NCBI GenBank assembly: GCA_048268245.1
Contig: JBLWVX010000003.1
Location: 94,530-158,529 of the forward strand
DNA length: 64,000 nucleotides
Direction of reading: 5' to 3'
From: Arcobacteraceae bacterium
GTDB lineage: Bacteria; Campylobacterota; Campylobacteria; Campylobacterales; Arcobacteraceae
Shown here: piece by piece, positions 1 through 10,529 of the stretch
Layout of the letters: each line of letters begins with the position of its first letter
Numbering within the stretch: the stretch's first letter is position 1
Made by a program: the position numbers and the translations under genes
The notes under the pieces: model-generated
The model's database searches: none
Seen by the model: only the letters and a program-made list of their open reading frames with translations
Told to the model about the DNA's origin: nothing

Positions 1-690
1 AGCTCCAAAAACTATAGATAAAACTGAACCTATAAATAGCTCTTCAAGTCTTGCTTTTGTTGAAAATTGCAGTAGCCAATTTACAATCTTTTTACCAATT
101 GTAAACATAAAAATAATAATAGCAATAGCTGCTAAGGTTGTTTTCAAAATAATATCTTGTAATTCTAAAGTATCATTTGATAAAAAGCTTATAAGTAAAA
201 GTATTGGAATTACTGCTAAGTCTTGGAAAATCAATATAGCAGTTGTTTTTTCTCCATATGGAGTATAAATATCTTTTGATTGTTTTAAGTATGTTAAAAC
301 AATTGCAGTTGAAGATAAAGAAAATGCAAGGGATACTATAATAGCTGATACTGTATCAATAGAAAATACTAACTTGGCTATTGCGAATATTAAAACGGCA
401 CTAATTGCTACTTGAAAAAAACCATTTACAAATAAAAGCTCTTTTATTTTTTTTAGTTTATTTACAGACATTTCAAGTCCAATAGTAAACATTAAAAATA
501 CTATACCAAACTCTGCTATTAGGTTTAGTGCGTCTAAATTATGGTTTTTGCTTAGGTTAAAAATAGAGGTAATTATTATACCTGTGATTATATATCCAAT
601 AATATGAGAAATTTCATATTTCTTTAAAATAATATTCAATATTGATGATATTGCTAGTGATAAAAATAGTATAAATAGTATTGATTCCAT
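1..690 (-). CDS. Cation:proton antiporter, CPA2/KefB-KefC-like (runs off the window's left edge)
   Basis: Manual translation from ATG at 690: MESILFILFLSLAISS...AEFGIVFLMFTIGLE...AFSLSSTAIVL...AILIFQDLAVIP, which are CPA2 motifs; not in the ORF track. Confidence 0.9.
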   Translation of the reverse strand, partial: MESILFILFLSLAISSILNIILKKYEISHIIGYIITGIIITSIFNLSKNHNLDALNLIAEFGIVFLMFTIGLEMSVNKLKKIKELLFVNGFFQVAISAVLIFAIAKLVFSIDTVSAIIVSLAFSLSSTAIVLTYLKQSKDIYTPYGEKTTAILIFQDLAVIPILLLISFLSNDTLELQDIILKTTLAAIAIIIFMFTIGKKIVNWLLQFSTKARLEELFIGSVLSIVFGA

Positions 691-745
691 GTATATATTT
701 TATCCTAAAGTATATTTTTTAACAAGATAAAACTGTTTATTTATT

Positions 746-1078
746 TTACAAAGTAATATTTTCTAGATGTTCTATTTGCTCATCACAAACTATTATTGCA
801 TCTATACAAAATATAGGATTTATTTTTTTTGTTTGTATATAGTAATCTATACTTCTTTTTAATTTTGAGAGTTTATTTTTGTGTATATTATTTATAGCAG
901 TTTCATAATCAGGGGCTGATTTTACTTCACAGAAGTGATAAACATTATCTTTTTTACAAATAATATCTATCTCTCCTAGTTTTTTTGCATAGAAGTTTTG
1001 CTCAACTATTTTAAAACCTCTATCTTCAAGGAAACTAAGTGCTTTTTTTTCAGCAAAATCTCCTTTTTGTTTACTCAT
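746..1078 (-). CDS. yraN: YraN/UPF0102 family putative endonuclease
   Basis: G..AE..A..FL...G, GEIDII, FCEVK motifs. Confidence 0.9.
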   Translation of the reverse strand: MSKQKGDFAEKKALSFLEDRGFKIVEQNFYAKKLGEIDIICKKDNVYHFCEVKSAPDYETAINNIHKNKLSKLKRSIDYYIQTKKINPIFCIDAIIVCDEQIEHLENITL

Positions 1079-1084
1079 AAAAAA

Positions 1085-1285
1085 TCATCCACCACCAACA
1101 AATTGAAGTAATTCAATTTTGTCATCTTCTTTTGGCTTGAAATTACTCCAATTGTCTTTTTTTACAATTTCCATATTTACAGCAGCAGCCATAACTTTGT
1201 CTTCAATTTTTAATGATGTAATAATATCTTGTAAGCTTGAATTTCCATCAAAATTTTTTGTTTCACCATTTACTATTAAATTCAT
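1085..1285 (-). CDS. thiS: Sulfur carrier protein ThiS
   Basis: MNLIVNGE start and C-terminal FVGGG; start moved to ATG at 1285. Confidence 0.92.
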   Translation of the reverse strand: MNLIVNGETKNFDGNSSLQDIITSLKIEDKVMAAAVNMEIVKKDNWSNFKPKEDDKIELLQFVGGG

Positions 1286-1286
1286 A

Positions 1287-1952
1287 TTAAACCTTTTCTT
1301 TCTCATATTCAATCATATATCCAACACCTCTAACATTTGTTATAAAATCTTCTTTTAAAGATTTTTTGACTCTATTAACTTCTGCTCTAATTGTAGCATT
1401 ATCAATTTCATCACTCCAAACAAACTCTCTAAACGTGTCATATTTTACAACTGAGTTTTTAAACTTTGTTAGGAGTTGAATGATTTGTATTTGTCTTTTT
1501 GTCAAACTTTGAACTTCGTTATTATACAAAAGAGTTAGAGTATTTGGATTAAAACTATATGAATCTGACAATTTTTTATCTTTTTGGGGTAGTATCTTAG
1601 CTTGACTAATTTTGTCAATTCTAAGTGATAACTCTTTTAAATGAAAAGGTTTTTTTAAATAGTCATAGCATCCAAGTTCAAATGCCCTTGAAATATCTTC
1701 AATATCAATAAGTGCAGAAATATAAATAGTTGGAACAACTCTACTTCTTTTATGCAAAAACTCTAGAACTTCAAAGCCATTAATATCAGGGACATTAATA
1801 TCTAATATCAATAAATCAAACTCTTCCATATCTAATATTCTAAGACAGTTATTCCCATCTCTAGCACTTCTTACTTCATACTTCTTTGATTGTAAAAATT
1901 GTGTTATTGCTCTATTTAGCATAACATCATCTTCTAGTAATAAAATTTTCAT
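1287..1952 (-). CDS. OmpR/PhoB-family response regulator
   Basis: REC domain (LLEDD, LDINVP, KPF) and winged helix (NVRGVGY). Confidence 0.93.
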   Translation of the reverse strand: MKILLLEDDVMLNRAITQFLQSKKYEVRSARDGNNCLRILDMEEFDLLILDINVPDINGFEVLEFLHKRSRVVPTIYISALIDIEDISRAFELGCYDYLKKPFHLKELSLRIDKISQAKILPQKDKKLSDSYSFNPNTLTLLYNNEVQSLTKRQIQIIQLLTKFKNSVVKYDTFREFVWSDEIDNATIRAEVNRVKKSLKEDFITNVRGVGYMIEYEKEKV

Positions 1953-3856
1953 ATTATTTCTCTTTCATTAAAAAGATATTTAAATGAAGTAAAATACTCA
2001 TTTGAATCTATTTTAATATCTATATTTTCTTCGTCACAAATTCTTTTGACTAAACTTAGTCCTAAACCAAAACCTTTTTTGGTTGAAGTTTCTCTATAAT
2101 ACTCTTTAAATATCTTTTCAGGATATTGAATATATTGTGAACAACTTGAAATTGTTAAAGCATAGGTTTTATTCTCTTTTTTTAATGTTATATAAATATT
2201 AGAGTTTTCTTCTGTGTATTTTATAGCATTAGTTAGATTATTATCTATTATTCTTTGAAGTTTAGTTTCATTAAATTCAAAAATTAATGACTCTTTTTGG
2301 CTAAAGAATTTAATTGTTGAACCTATTTGTTTAGCTGACTGCCAAAAAAAGTCTATTCTTGATCTTATAAAATCTACAAAATCAATTTTTTTCTTTGGGT
2401 ATAGTATTTGGTCTTTTTTTACTAAGTAACTTAAATCATCATAAATATTAAAAACATTTTTTAGAGCTACTTCAATTGTAGATAAATAGGAGTTTTTACC
2501 ATACTCCATTTCAAAAAGTTCAATATTACTCATTATTACGGATAATGGAGTATTTGTTTCATGTACTGCATGTCTTAAAAAAATCTTTTGAGATGCTAAT
2601 AGCATTTGAGAATTAAATTTTTCTGTTTCTAGTTTATTTGATTGTTCATTATAATCTTTAGAAGATTCTTCTATTAAATGGGTTAGAGTTTTTATATTTC
2701 TTGTATAGAAATCATCTAAACTTTTTTGTTCAACCTCTGAAATAAACTCTTTTTTTGTATTTTTAATATTTTCACTTAATGATACTACTGTAAAAGTCTG
2801 ATTTAGAAGTTCAGCTTCTCCATCTTTATAAAAAAACTCTCCATTTCCAAAAAAACCACTTGTTGTAGCTATTTCTGAATAGTCTTTACTTTCATTAAAA
2901 ATAAGATTTGGCATATATCTTCTTCTTGCTAAACAAGAGTAAATAAAAAAGGTCTCACTATTTGTAAACTTCTTTTTATCTGTAATTATTTGTTTTTTTA
3001 AAATTATTTCAGCATTTCCAAAACCAAATTTAATTTTATCTTTATTTTTTAGATTTCCTGTATATTGAAAACTTCCATCTTTATGTATTTTCATTAAGGC
3101 TCTTGCTAGGAAACTTTTATTTCTTTTTACAAGTAAAGGAAATGTGGTAGCACTTTCAGGTAAACTATCAAGAATATCATCACCTAAGTACCTTTTATAA
3201 AAATCAGTAATTTTTAAATTGTTTATTTCATATACTTTATTATTGATTGATTTTGTGATTTCATGTTCAATCCCAATACTAGACCAATTGAATCTAAAAT
3301 CATTTTTTACTTCAAGAACATCTGAATTTATAGATACTCCCACTGCGCTATTTTGATATAGTTTGTCATCTAGTGATACATAGGTATTTTTATAGTTACC
3401 ATTATCTGCAGCCATTGCACCACAGATAGGTATATTTTTAGAAATACTATTTATACCTTTTAAAAACTCTTCAGCATTAATATTTAAAGAATTTGTAAAA
3501 AGTATTAAAAGTTTGCTATTTTCATCTACTAAATCTTTTGCTAAACTTACACCTTTTTTATATGAATCTTCAATTTCACTAAAACTACTTTTTAATGAAC
3601 TCTTTTCAAATATACTAATAGATACTACAATTGATTCTGTTAAAACTTCTTTTTCTAGAATTTCACCATCTGAACTACTTCCTATACAAGTAGCTTTTGG
3701 TAGGTTAGTTTTTAAGTATTTAATTACTTCTTCAAATTGTTTTTTGTTTTGTCCACAAAAAACTTGTACTAAAATATTGCTGTGATTTTTAAATTGCTCA
3801 AAGTCAATATTTTCTTTGGAAAAGTTCTTATCTATTTTATAGTTGTAGGTTTTCAT
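1949..3856 (-). CDS. Cytoplasmic FIST-domain sensor histidine kinase
   Basis: FIST motifs (IGSSSDGEI, CGAMAAD, YSCLARR, GFFGNGEF), H-box HETNTPL, NLTNAIKY, GFGLGL; overlaps the response regulator by 4 nt. Confidence 0.88.
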   Translation of the reverse strand: MKTYNYKIDKNFSKENIDFEQFKNHSNILVQVFCGQNKKQFEEVIKYLKTNLPKATCIGSSSDGEILEKEVLTESIVVSISIFEKSSLKSSFSEIEDSYKKGVSLAKDLVDENSKLLILFTNSLNINAEEFLKGINSISKNIPICGAMAADNGNYKNTYVSLDDKLYQNSAVGVSINSDVLEVKNDFRFNWSSIGIEHEITKSINNKVYEINNLKITDFYKRYLGDDILDSLPESATTFPLLVKRNKSFLARALMKIHKDGSFQYTGNLKNKDKIKFGFGNAEIILKKQIITDKKKFTNSETFFIYSCLARRRYMPNLIFNESKDYSEIATTSGFFGNGEFFYKDGEAELLNQTFTVVSLSENIKNTKKEFISEVEQKSLDDFYTRNIKTLTHLIEESSKDYNEQSNKLETEKFNSQMLLASQKIFLRHAVHETNTPLSVIMSNIELFEMEYGKNSYLSTIEVALKNVFNIYDDLSYLVKKDQILYPKKKIDFVDFIRSRIDFFWQSAKQIGSTIKFFSQKESLIFEFNETKLQRIIDNNLTNAIKYTEENSNIYITLKKENKTYALTISSCSQYIQYPEKIFKEYYRETSTKKGFGLGLSLVKRICDEENIDIKIDSNEYFTSFKYLFNEREII

Positions 3857-3960
3857 GCAAAATTATAACAAATTAAAATTTTACAAGATTTGAAAAGTGA
3901 GAAAAAAAGTATCAATGAATAAAATTTGTAACTTATTGACATAATAAAGTATAATATAAT

Positions 3961-4968
3961 CTACTTTATTATGTTTAGTGTTTTAAATCTATCACCCATT
4001 CCTGTTGGTTCAAGTAATATTTTAACTTTTTGAGTTTCTCTTAAATAGGTGTTTTCATCAACATTTGCTTTTAGAATTTCTAGTAAATCTAAAATACCAA
4101 AGTCAACAAGTGATTTCAATTGAGTATTAAACTTTATACTTTTTACATTTTCTTGTAAAAATAGGTCTTTTAAATAGTTGAAATGTACATCATAAGTAAT
4201 GTCACTTTTTTTAAATAATTTTTTTAGTTGAATTTCTTCATCAAAGATAGGATGAACATTATGATTTTCATATACTCTTGTTGAAAAATCATTTCTTGGG
4301 TATCTATCTCCATAATCAAATGTTAAAAATTCAAAAGAGTTTATGTTTTTACAAATAGTTTGAACAAACTCTTTATAGTCTAGACAAACTTCACCTTTTT
4401 CAATACTGTATTTTTTACAATGTTCAATTAACTCAATATCTTGGCAGTCTTCAAATTGAATTTTATGGTCATTTACATAGGCATTTTGTAAAATACCATC
4501 TTTATTTGTATAAACTAAATCACATCCAAAGGCATCAAAAATTTCGTTTGCTACAATAAAAGCATTAGCTAGTTTTACTTCACTAATATCATTGTAGTGC
4601 TTAATTTTGATTATTTCTCCAAAGGATTCTTTTAGGTAGTTTTTTTGTTGTTTTTGTAGATTTTCAAATCTCTCAACAATAGCAAAGTTTAGTGTGTCTA
4701 AAAGCTTTGGTTTTAAAGTATAAATAAACTGAATTATGTCAGCTAGTAAGTAACCATGATGGGCACCAACTTCAACTAAAGTTGTATTTTTAGGAAGAAT
4801 GTCTTTTTCAATAGAATCAATTAACTTTTTAGCAATTGTTCCTCCAAAAAAAGAACTTGTTGAAACAGAAGTATAAAAATCACCTTCTTTTCCTATTTCT
4901 TTATAGTTTGCATAGTATCCATTGTTTCCATATAACCAGTCGTTAAAATATTTATTAAATCTTATCAT
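3961..4968 (-). CDS. SAM-dependent methyltransferase, MidA/NDUFAF7 family
   Basis: GYY...GDFYTS, VEVGAHHG, ANEIFDAF, FDYG, DITYDVHF, GMGDRFK. Confidence 0.9.
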   Translation of the reverse strand: MIRFNKYFNDWLYGNNGYYANYKEIGKEGDFYTSVSTSSFFGGTIAKKLIDSIEKDILPKNTTLVEVGAHHGYLLADIIQFIYTLKPKLLDTLNFAIVERFENLQKQQKNYLKESFGEIIKIKHYNDISEVKLANAFIVANEIFDAFGCDLVYTNKDGILQNAYVNDHKIQFEDCQDIELIEHCKKYSIEKGEVCLDYKEFVQTICKNINSFEFLTFDYGDRYPRNDFSTRVYENHNVHPIFDEEIQLKKLFKKSDITYDVHFNYLKDLFLQENVKSIKFNTQLKSLVDFGILDLLEILKANVDENTYLRETQKVKILLEPTGMGDRFKTLNIIK

Positions 4969-5043
4969 GAAAGAATTGTATCTAAAAGTTTATTTGAAGA
5001 AGAAATGGAAGATAAAATGATTATAAATAGAAGAAAAAATCTT

Positions 5044-5772
5044 CTATTTACAAGTATCAATTACTGCATTTGCATTTGCATATAAGTATACTTCTACTCT
5101 TCTATTTAAACCCATATTTGTTTCATTTGTATTCGGTGCAACTGGTTTATCGTAAGAGCAACCTTTTGAGAAAATTTGATTTTTAATTCCAGAGTTATAA
5201 ATACTATTTCCTACATTTGAAGCTCTTTTCTCTGAAAGTGTTTTGTTATACTCATAGCTTCCTCTACTATCTGTATGTCCTACTACTTGAACTATAGTAT
5301 TTGGATATTTTTGTAAAACACCATTTACTTTTGTAATTTTATTAGTTGCACTTGGTGTTGGAATTGATGAGTTTGTAGCAAACATCATATCATCTCTAAA
5401 CATGATTTTTACATACTTATCTGTATATGATACAATTAAGTCTTGATTTGGATCAAGGGCTGCATTTGGGTCATTATTAACTGTGGTATTTAAACTATCA
5501 GCTACTTCTTTTGCTTGTTGGTCCATTCTATATCCAATATATCCACCAAGAGCAGCCCCTGCAAGTGCACCAACAGTTTTATTTCTACTTTTACTTCCTC
5601 CACCAATATTATTTCCTAAAGCAATACCAGCTATTGCTCCTATTGTTGTACCAATTATAGCTCTTTGATTATTGTCAATTGTTTGATTTCCTGTTGAACC
5701 TGATGTACATCCAGTAAGAACAGCAACTGCTGCAATAGATGATACAAAAGTTTTTAAGTTAAAATATCTCAT
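5044..5772 (-). CDS. OmpA-family lipoprotein with glycine zipper (YiaD-like)
   Basis: Lipobox LTGC, glycine zipper, GHTDSRG, LSEKRA, NRRVE. Confidence 0.9.
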   Translation of the reverse strand: MRYFNLKTFVSSIAAVAVLTGCTSGSTGNQTIDNNQRAIIGTTIGAIAGIALGNNIGGGSKSRNKTVGALAGAALGGYIGYRMDQQAKEVADSLNTTVNNDPNAALDPNQDLIVSYTDKYVKIMFRDDMMFATNSSIPTPSATNKITKVNGVLQKYPNTIVQVVGHTDSRGSYEYNKTLSEKRASNVGNSIYNSGIKNQIFSKGCSYDKPVAPNTNETNMGLNRRVEVYLYANANAVIDTCK

Positions 5773-5864
5773 TTTGAAACCTTTAATTTTTAGTCTATAT
5801 TATTTTAACATAAGTAGTGTGAAATAATTGTGTTAAAAATCGTAATTAATATGTAATATATTTG

Positions 5865-5873
5865 TGCTATAAT
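5865..5873 (+). promoter_or_regulatory. Extended -10 promoter for pyk (TGcTATAAT)
   Basis: Consensus match about 25 nt upstream of the GTG start, followed by an AAGGAG RBS. Confidence 0.65.
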
Positions 5874-5898
5874 ATTTTTAAGAAAAAAAGGAGAAACT

Positions 5899-7341
5899 GT
5901 GGAAAAAAGAACAAAAATTTTGGCAACATTAGGGCCATCAAGCCATAGTATAGAAGTGATAGAAGGTTTAATAAAAGCAGGTGCAAACATGTTTAGATTA
6001 AACTTTTCTCATGGAAGTCATGAGTATCACAAACAAACACTTGATAATATCAGAAAAGCAATGAAAAACTTAAATAAAACAGTTGGTGTTTTACAAGATA
6101 TCTCTGGACCAAAAGTTAGAATTGGAGATTTAAAAGAGCCTTTTGAATTACATAGAGGTGATGTAATCACTTTTTTAAAAGATGAGATAGTAGGATATAA
6201 ACAAGCTGATAAGAAATATGTTGTATCTATTAATTATCCAGATATTTTAAGTAAAGTAAAAATAGATGAATATATCTATTTATATGATGGAACAATTAGA
6301 GCAAAAGTTATTCAAACTGGTGATGAGGTTCAAGCAAAGATTGAAAACCATGGTATTTTATCATCAAGAAAAGGTGTAAACTTTCCTAATACAGTTATTG
6401 ATATTGATGTAATTACAAAAAAAGATGAAAAAGATATTGCATGGGGTGTTGAGAATCAAGTTGATTACTTTGCAATTTCATTTGTTCAAAATGCTAAAGA
6501 TATGAAAAAAGCAAGAAAGCTTCTACAAGGCTATAAAGGTAAATTAATAGCGAAAATTGAGAAGTTTGATGCAGTTGAAAATATTGATGAGATTATTGAA
6601 GAATCAGATGGTCTTATGGTTGCAAGGGGAGATTTAGGTATTGAAGTTCCTTATTATGATGTACCAACTATTCAAAAAATGCTTATTAAAAAAGCAAATA
6701 ATGTTGGTATGCCTGTAATTACAGCAACACAAATGCTTTTATCTATGACACATAACGAAAGAGCAACAAGAGCAGAGATCTCAGATGTAGCAAATGCAGT
6801 TCTAGATGGAACTGATGTTGTTATGTTAAGTGAAGAGAGTGCTGTTGGAGAAGACCCTATTAATGTTGTAGATACAATGAGTAATATTATTGCAAAAACA
6901 GAAGATATTTATAACTTTAATAAACAATCAAAATTTGATTATTTAGATCATTTTGATGTAATTCAAGCAACTGTTACAAAACTTGCAGATGATTTGGGAG
7001 CAAAGGGTATTTTAGCACTTACAAGTTCTGGTAAATCAGCAGTGAAAATGTCAAGATATAGACCAAGAACACCTATTTATGCATTTACTCATAAAAAGAA
7101 AATATTATCAGCCTTAACAGCTATTTGGGGTGTAAAACCTATTGGAACTATTAAAGAAGCACAAGCATCAAAAATGTTCCAAAAGATGCTTAAAGAACTT
7201 GATGCAAAAGGTTTCTTAGATAAAAGTGAGACTTACGTAGCAACAGTTGGTTATCCTGTTGGAATGCCAGGAAGTACAAATACTATTAAGATTTTAACTC
7301 CATCAGAAATCGAGTATTATTTAAACTTTAAAAGCAAATAA
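5899..7341 (+). CDS. pyk: Pyruvate kinase
   Basis: RTKILATLGP, RLNFSHG, MVARGDLGIE, ATQML, TRAEISDVANA. Confidence 0.98.
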   Translation: MEKRTKILATLGPSSHSIEVIEGLIKAGANMFRLNFSHGSHEYHKQTLDNIRKAMKNLNKTVGVLQDISGPKVRIGDLKEPFELHRGDVITFLKDEIVGYKQADKKYVVSINYPDILSKVKIDEYIYLYDGTIRAKVIQTGDEVQAKIENHGILSSRKGVNFPNTVIDIDVITKKDEKDIAWGVENQVDYFAISFVQNAKDMKKARKLLQGYKGKLIAKIEKFDAVENIDEIIEESDGLMVARGDLGIEVPYYDVPTIQKMLIKKANNVGMPVITATQMLLSMTHNERATRAEISDVANAVLDGTDVVMLSEESAVGEDPINVVDTMSNIIAKTEDIYNFNKQSKFDYLDHFDVIQATVTKLADDLGAKGILALTSSGKSAVKMSRYRPRTPIYAFTHKKKILSALTAIWGVKPIGTIKEAQASKMFQKMLKELDAKGFLDKSETYVATVGYPVGMPGSTNTIKILTPSEIEYYLNFKSK

Positions 7342-7372
7342 TAAGTAGAAGAGATTAACTCTTTTACTTATT
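7340..7372. terminator. Probable bidirectional terminator between pyk and the Cache kinase
   Basis: aataagtagaagag / ctcttttacttatt inverted repeat between convergent genes. Confidence 0.55.
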
Positions 7373-9319
7373 TAAAATAATTTGTAATAAAGCAGCTTTA
7401 TAATTTTGCCCATGACATTCAATTTGAGTGTTTTTAGCAGTAATTTTACCTTTCATATGACTTACAATAATAGTTCTTGTCATATATAATCCTATCCCTG
7501 TACCTTGCGATTGAAATTTTGTTGTAAAATATGGCTCAAAGACTTTATTAATAATTTCATCTTTTATACCACCTGCATTATCGTAAACTTCAATATATCT
7601 CTCATTGTCTTTTTCAAAAGCTTTTATTTTTATACATTTGATTTCTAATTCTTTTTCTAGTAATGCATCTTTTGAATTATTTAAAATATTTAAGATAGCT
7701 TGTGTTAGTTCATTTTCTAAGGTATAAAGTTCAATATTTTCATCAATTTCAAGTTTTATTTGAATCCCTTTATTTTTTAAACTTGCAGACATTAAGTTTA
7801 TAACTTTTTCAATTGTACTTTTTAGATTGATGCTTGTTTTAATTTTGTCTTTTTTAAAGAAGTTTCTAAAATCTTCAATAGTATTTGATAAGTGCTGTGT
7901 ATTTGATACAATTAAATCAAGGTTTTTATAAAGCTTTTCTTTATTCATAAGATTTAGTTCATCTTCAAATTTAGTACCGGAAGCTATTGTACTTATAGTT
8001 GATAAAGGTTGTCTCCATTGGTGGGCAATATTTCCTATCATTTCACCCATTGAAGCTAGTCTTGATTGTTGATTAAGCATTTCATCGGCTTTTCTCATTT
8101 TTAAAACTTGTTCTTTTACCTGTGATTCTAAAGATTCATTTAGCTTTTTTAGTTGATGGTTGTTTTCTTTTAGTTCATTTTCGTATTTTTTAAATTGTAA
8201 ATCTATTCTTCTAGATATTAATAAAAGCAAGATAATTAATAATAAACTTATAATAGAAGAAATTAAAATAATTTTATACTTTGCATCTTTTACTTCTTCT
8301 TCAAGTTTTAGTTTTTTCTTTTGTATTTCTTCTTGAATTTTAGTTGTGTATTGACCTGTTCCAATAACCCAATTTAACTTTGGTACTTTTTTTACAAAAG
8401 ATATCTTTTTAGATAGTTTTTCTGAAATATTATGACTAGTAGGTGTATATCCTAAGAATGAACCACCTTCAATAGAGGCTTTTTTTAAGATATTTTTGAT
8501 TACATTTTGCTCTATTTTTGAAAGTGTTTCTATTTTTTTACCAATAAAAGATTTATTTATATGAGATAAAGTAGTTCCTTCTTGATTAATTACAAATAAA
8601 TATTCATCTTTTTCATAACTTATTGTATCAATAATTCTTAATATTTGATGCTGTATCTTTTTATCAATATCTTCAATATACTTTGCAGTTCCTATATAAA
8701 TACCCAAAGGTTCAAAAAGTTTTACATATCCAAGTTTTTTCTCAATTCTATTGGTTTTTGGTTTTTGCCAATGCCAAGTTGTAAAACCTTCTTTTTTTGT
8801 TGAGACTATATTATTAAACTCTTGTATAAAATATTTACCTTCTTTATCTTGTAGATTGGAAAGAGTTTTTCCTACATGTGATGGGGTTTGAGGTTGCATA
8901 ATAACTTTATCATTTAAATCTATTATAAAAAAGTAGCCACTAGCATTTGAGTAAAACCTTTGAGGGTTTAAACTTTTTATAATTAGACTAAGGATTTCTT
9001 CTTTTGGTTTTGATTCATTTTGTAAATATATTTGTTTGATTGTTTTATATCCAATATTAACGATATTCTTGATATTGTTTTTTTCTTCAATAGTATTTAA
9101 ATTAGTTTGAGTTTCAATAAGTTTAATAATCCTATTTACTCTATTTTTTATTGTTTTTTTAATTTCTTCTACATAGTTTGTTTGAATATTTTCTATTTCT
9201 TCTTTAAACTCTTTATTTCCATAAGAAATAAATTCATAAGTTAGAATAGTTGAAGTTAAAATTACTGCCATAATAGGAAGGATTATGATCCAATATGTGA
9301 TATTGTTAAGTCGTCTCAT
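7364..9319 (-). CDS. Membrane sensor histidine kinase with tandem Cache domains
   Basis: Two TM helices, two Cache-like units (GYFFI...WHWQKP...KKLGY; YLFVI...WVIGTG), IAHQWRQPL, GTGIGLY. Confidence 0.9.
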   Translation of the reverse strand: MRRLNNITYWIIILPIMAVILTSTILTYEFISYGNKEFKEEIENIQTNYVEEIKKTIKNRVNRIIKLIETQTNLNTIEEKNNIKNIVNIGYKTIKQIYLQNESKPKEEILSLIIKSLNPQRFYSNASGYFFIIDLNDKVIMQPQTPSHVGKTLSNLQDKEGKYFIQEFNNIVSTKKEGFTTWHWQKPKTNRIEKKLGYVKLFEPLGIYIGTAKYIEDIDKKIQHQILRIIDTISYEKDEYLFVINQEGTTLSHINKSFIGKKIETLSKIEQNVIKNILKKASIEGGSFLGYTPTSHNISEKLSKKISFVKKVPKLNWVIGTGQYTTKIQEEIQKKKLKLEEEVKDAKYKIILISSIISLLLIILLLLISRRIDLQFKKYENELKENNHQLKKLNESLESQVKEQVLKMRKADEMLNQQSRLASMGEMIGNIAHQWRQPLSTISTIASGTKFEDELNLMNKEKLYKNLDLIVSNTQHLSNTIEDFRNFFKKDKIKTSINLKSTIEKVINLMSASLKNKGIQIKLEIDENIELYTLENELTQAILNILNNSKDALLEKELEIKCIKIKAFEKDNERYIEVYDNAGGIKDEIINKVFEPYFTTKFQSQGTGIGLYMTRTIIVSHMKGKITAKNTQIECHGQNYKAALLQIILNK

Positions 9320-9335
9320 ACCCTTCCTTTTCTTT

Positions 9336-10529
9336 TTAATAAACTTTTGAGTATAACTCCAATAAAATTATTTGTTTGTCAATTTTATATATTTTTGCAT
9401 CTAAAAGTTTAATATCTCTAGAGTTTTTAAGTGTGTCATAATCACTCTGAGTCTTAATTTGTGCCTCATTTTCTTCTTTAATAATTTTTAGAATAGAGTT
9501 ATAAAGGCTTAAATCTTCACTAGTAATTTTTAATCTGTCTTCTAGCATATTAAGTTTATCTAGTTTTGTTTTAAAAAAACTTTTTTCATCATCAATCTTA
9601 TTTTTTAGGTTTAGCTTTGATTTTAAGTATTCGATTCTTTTACTTTCTATATCATTTAAGGCTCTAGTGTCTAATGGCATAGTAACAGATAAACCATATG
9701 TTTGTTTATTCGTTTGTCCATTTGATTTTGGCTCACCATCTGTAAAATGAGTTTTTGAATAGTTATAATATACATTTACACTAGGTAAATATCTAGCCAT
9801 TGTCATATGTGAATAATTTTTATCTTTTTTTATCGCAGCTTTTGCTTTTTCAAGTTCTATATTCTTTTCTAAATAATCATCTTTAGATATAAGTTCAAAT
9901 TTAGGAAGTTTGAAATCTGAATATTTCCCTGAAGCTATATTTTCAAAGTTATTGATAAGTTCTTGTTTTTGATATTTTAAATCAATTAAAGTGTGTTTTG
10001 AACTATTTAAAGTAAGTAGGGCGTTATCTAAAAATGAACTATCTAAGAAGCCATTTAAAACTTGTTCTTTTTTTCTTTCAACATCTATTTTTGCATTTGC
10101 TAAAGATAGTTTTGTTTTCTCAATAGTTAAATCAAGTTTTTTAATTTGAAAAAGAAGATTATATGCATCTTTTATTAGATTTTTTCTTTGTTGTTGAATT
10201 TGAAGGTTTGCATAATCATGAGTTGAATCAGCATATTTTATAGCTTGATAAATCCCACCACTTTGAAAGATTGGTTGATTTATAGAAATTAGTGAAGTTT
10301 CACCTTTATATTCATCTCCAAGGTTCTTTTTAAACTGCAAAGTTATTGGATTTATCCAATCTTTTTTTAATTTAGAACTATCTTCTTTAGCTTGTTGTGT
10401 TTCTAAATCAAAAGTTTTTTTTCTACTATCTGATAAAATACTTTGGTCTAAATTGTTGTTTGCAAATAGATTTACACCAATTAAACTACATAAAAGTAGT
10501 TTAATTTTATTTGATTTTAGAAAGTGCAT
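9336..10529 (-). CDS. TolC-family outer membrane efflux protein
   Basis: Signal peptide, SINQPIFQSGG, YLPSVNV...GLSVTMPLD, coiled-coil repeats; start uncertain. Confidence 0.75.
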   Translation of the reverse strand: MHFLKSNKIKLLLCSLIGVNLFANNNLDQSILSDSRKKTFDLETQQAKEDSSKLKKDWINPITLQFKKNLGDEYKGETSLISINQPIFQSGGIYQAIKYADSTHDYANLQIQQQRKNLIKDAYNLLFQIKKLDLTIEKTKLSLANAKIDVERKKEQVLNGFLDSSFLDNALLTLNSSKHTLIDLKYQKQELINNFENIASGKYSDFKLPKFELISKDDYLEKNIELEKAKAAIKKDKNYSHMTMARYLPSVNVYYNYSKTHFTDGEPKSNGQTNKQTYGLSVTMPLDTRALNDIESKRIEYLKSKLNLKNKIDDEKSFFKTKLDKLNMLEDRLKITSEDLSLYNSILKIIKEENEAQIKTQSDYDTLKNSRDIKLLDAKIYKIDKQIILLELYSKVY

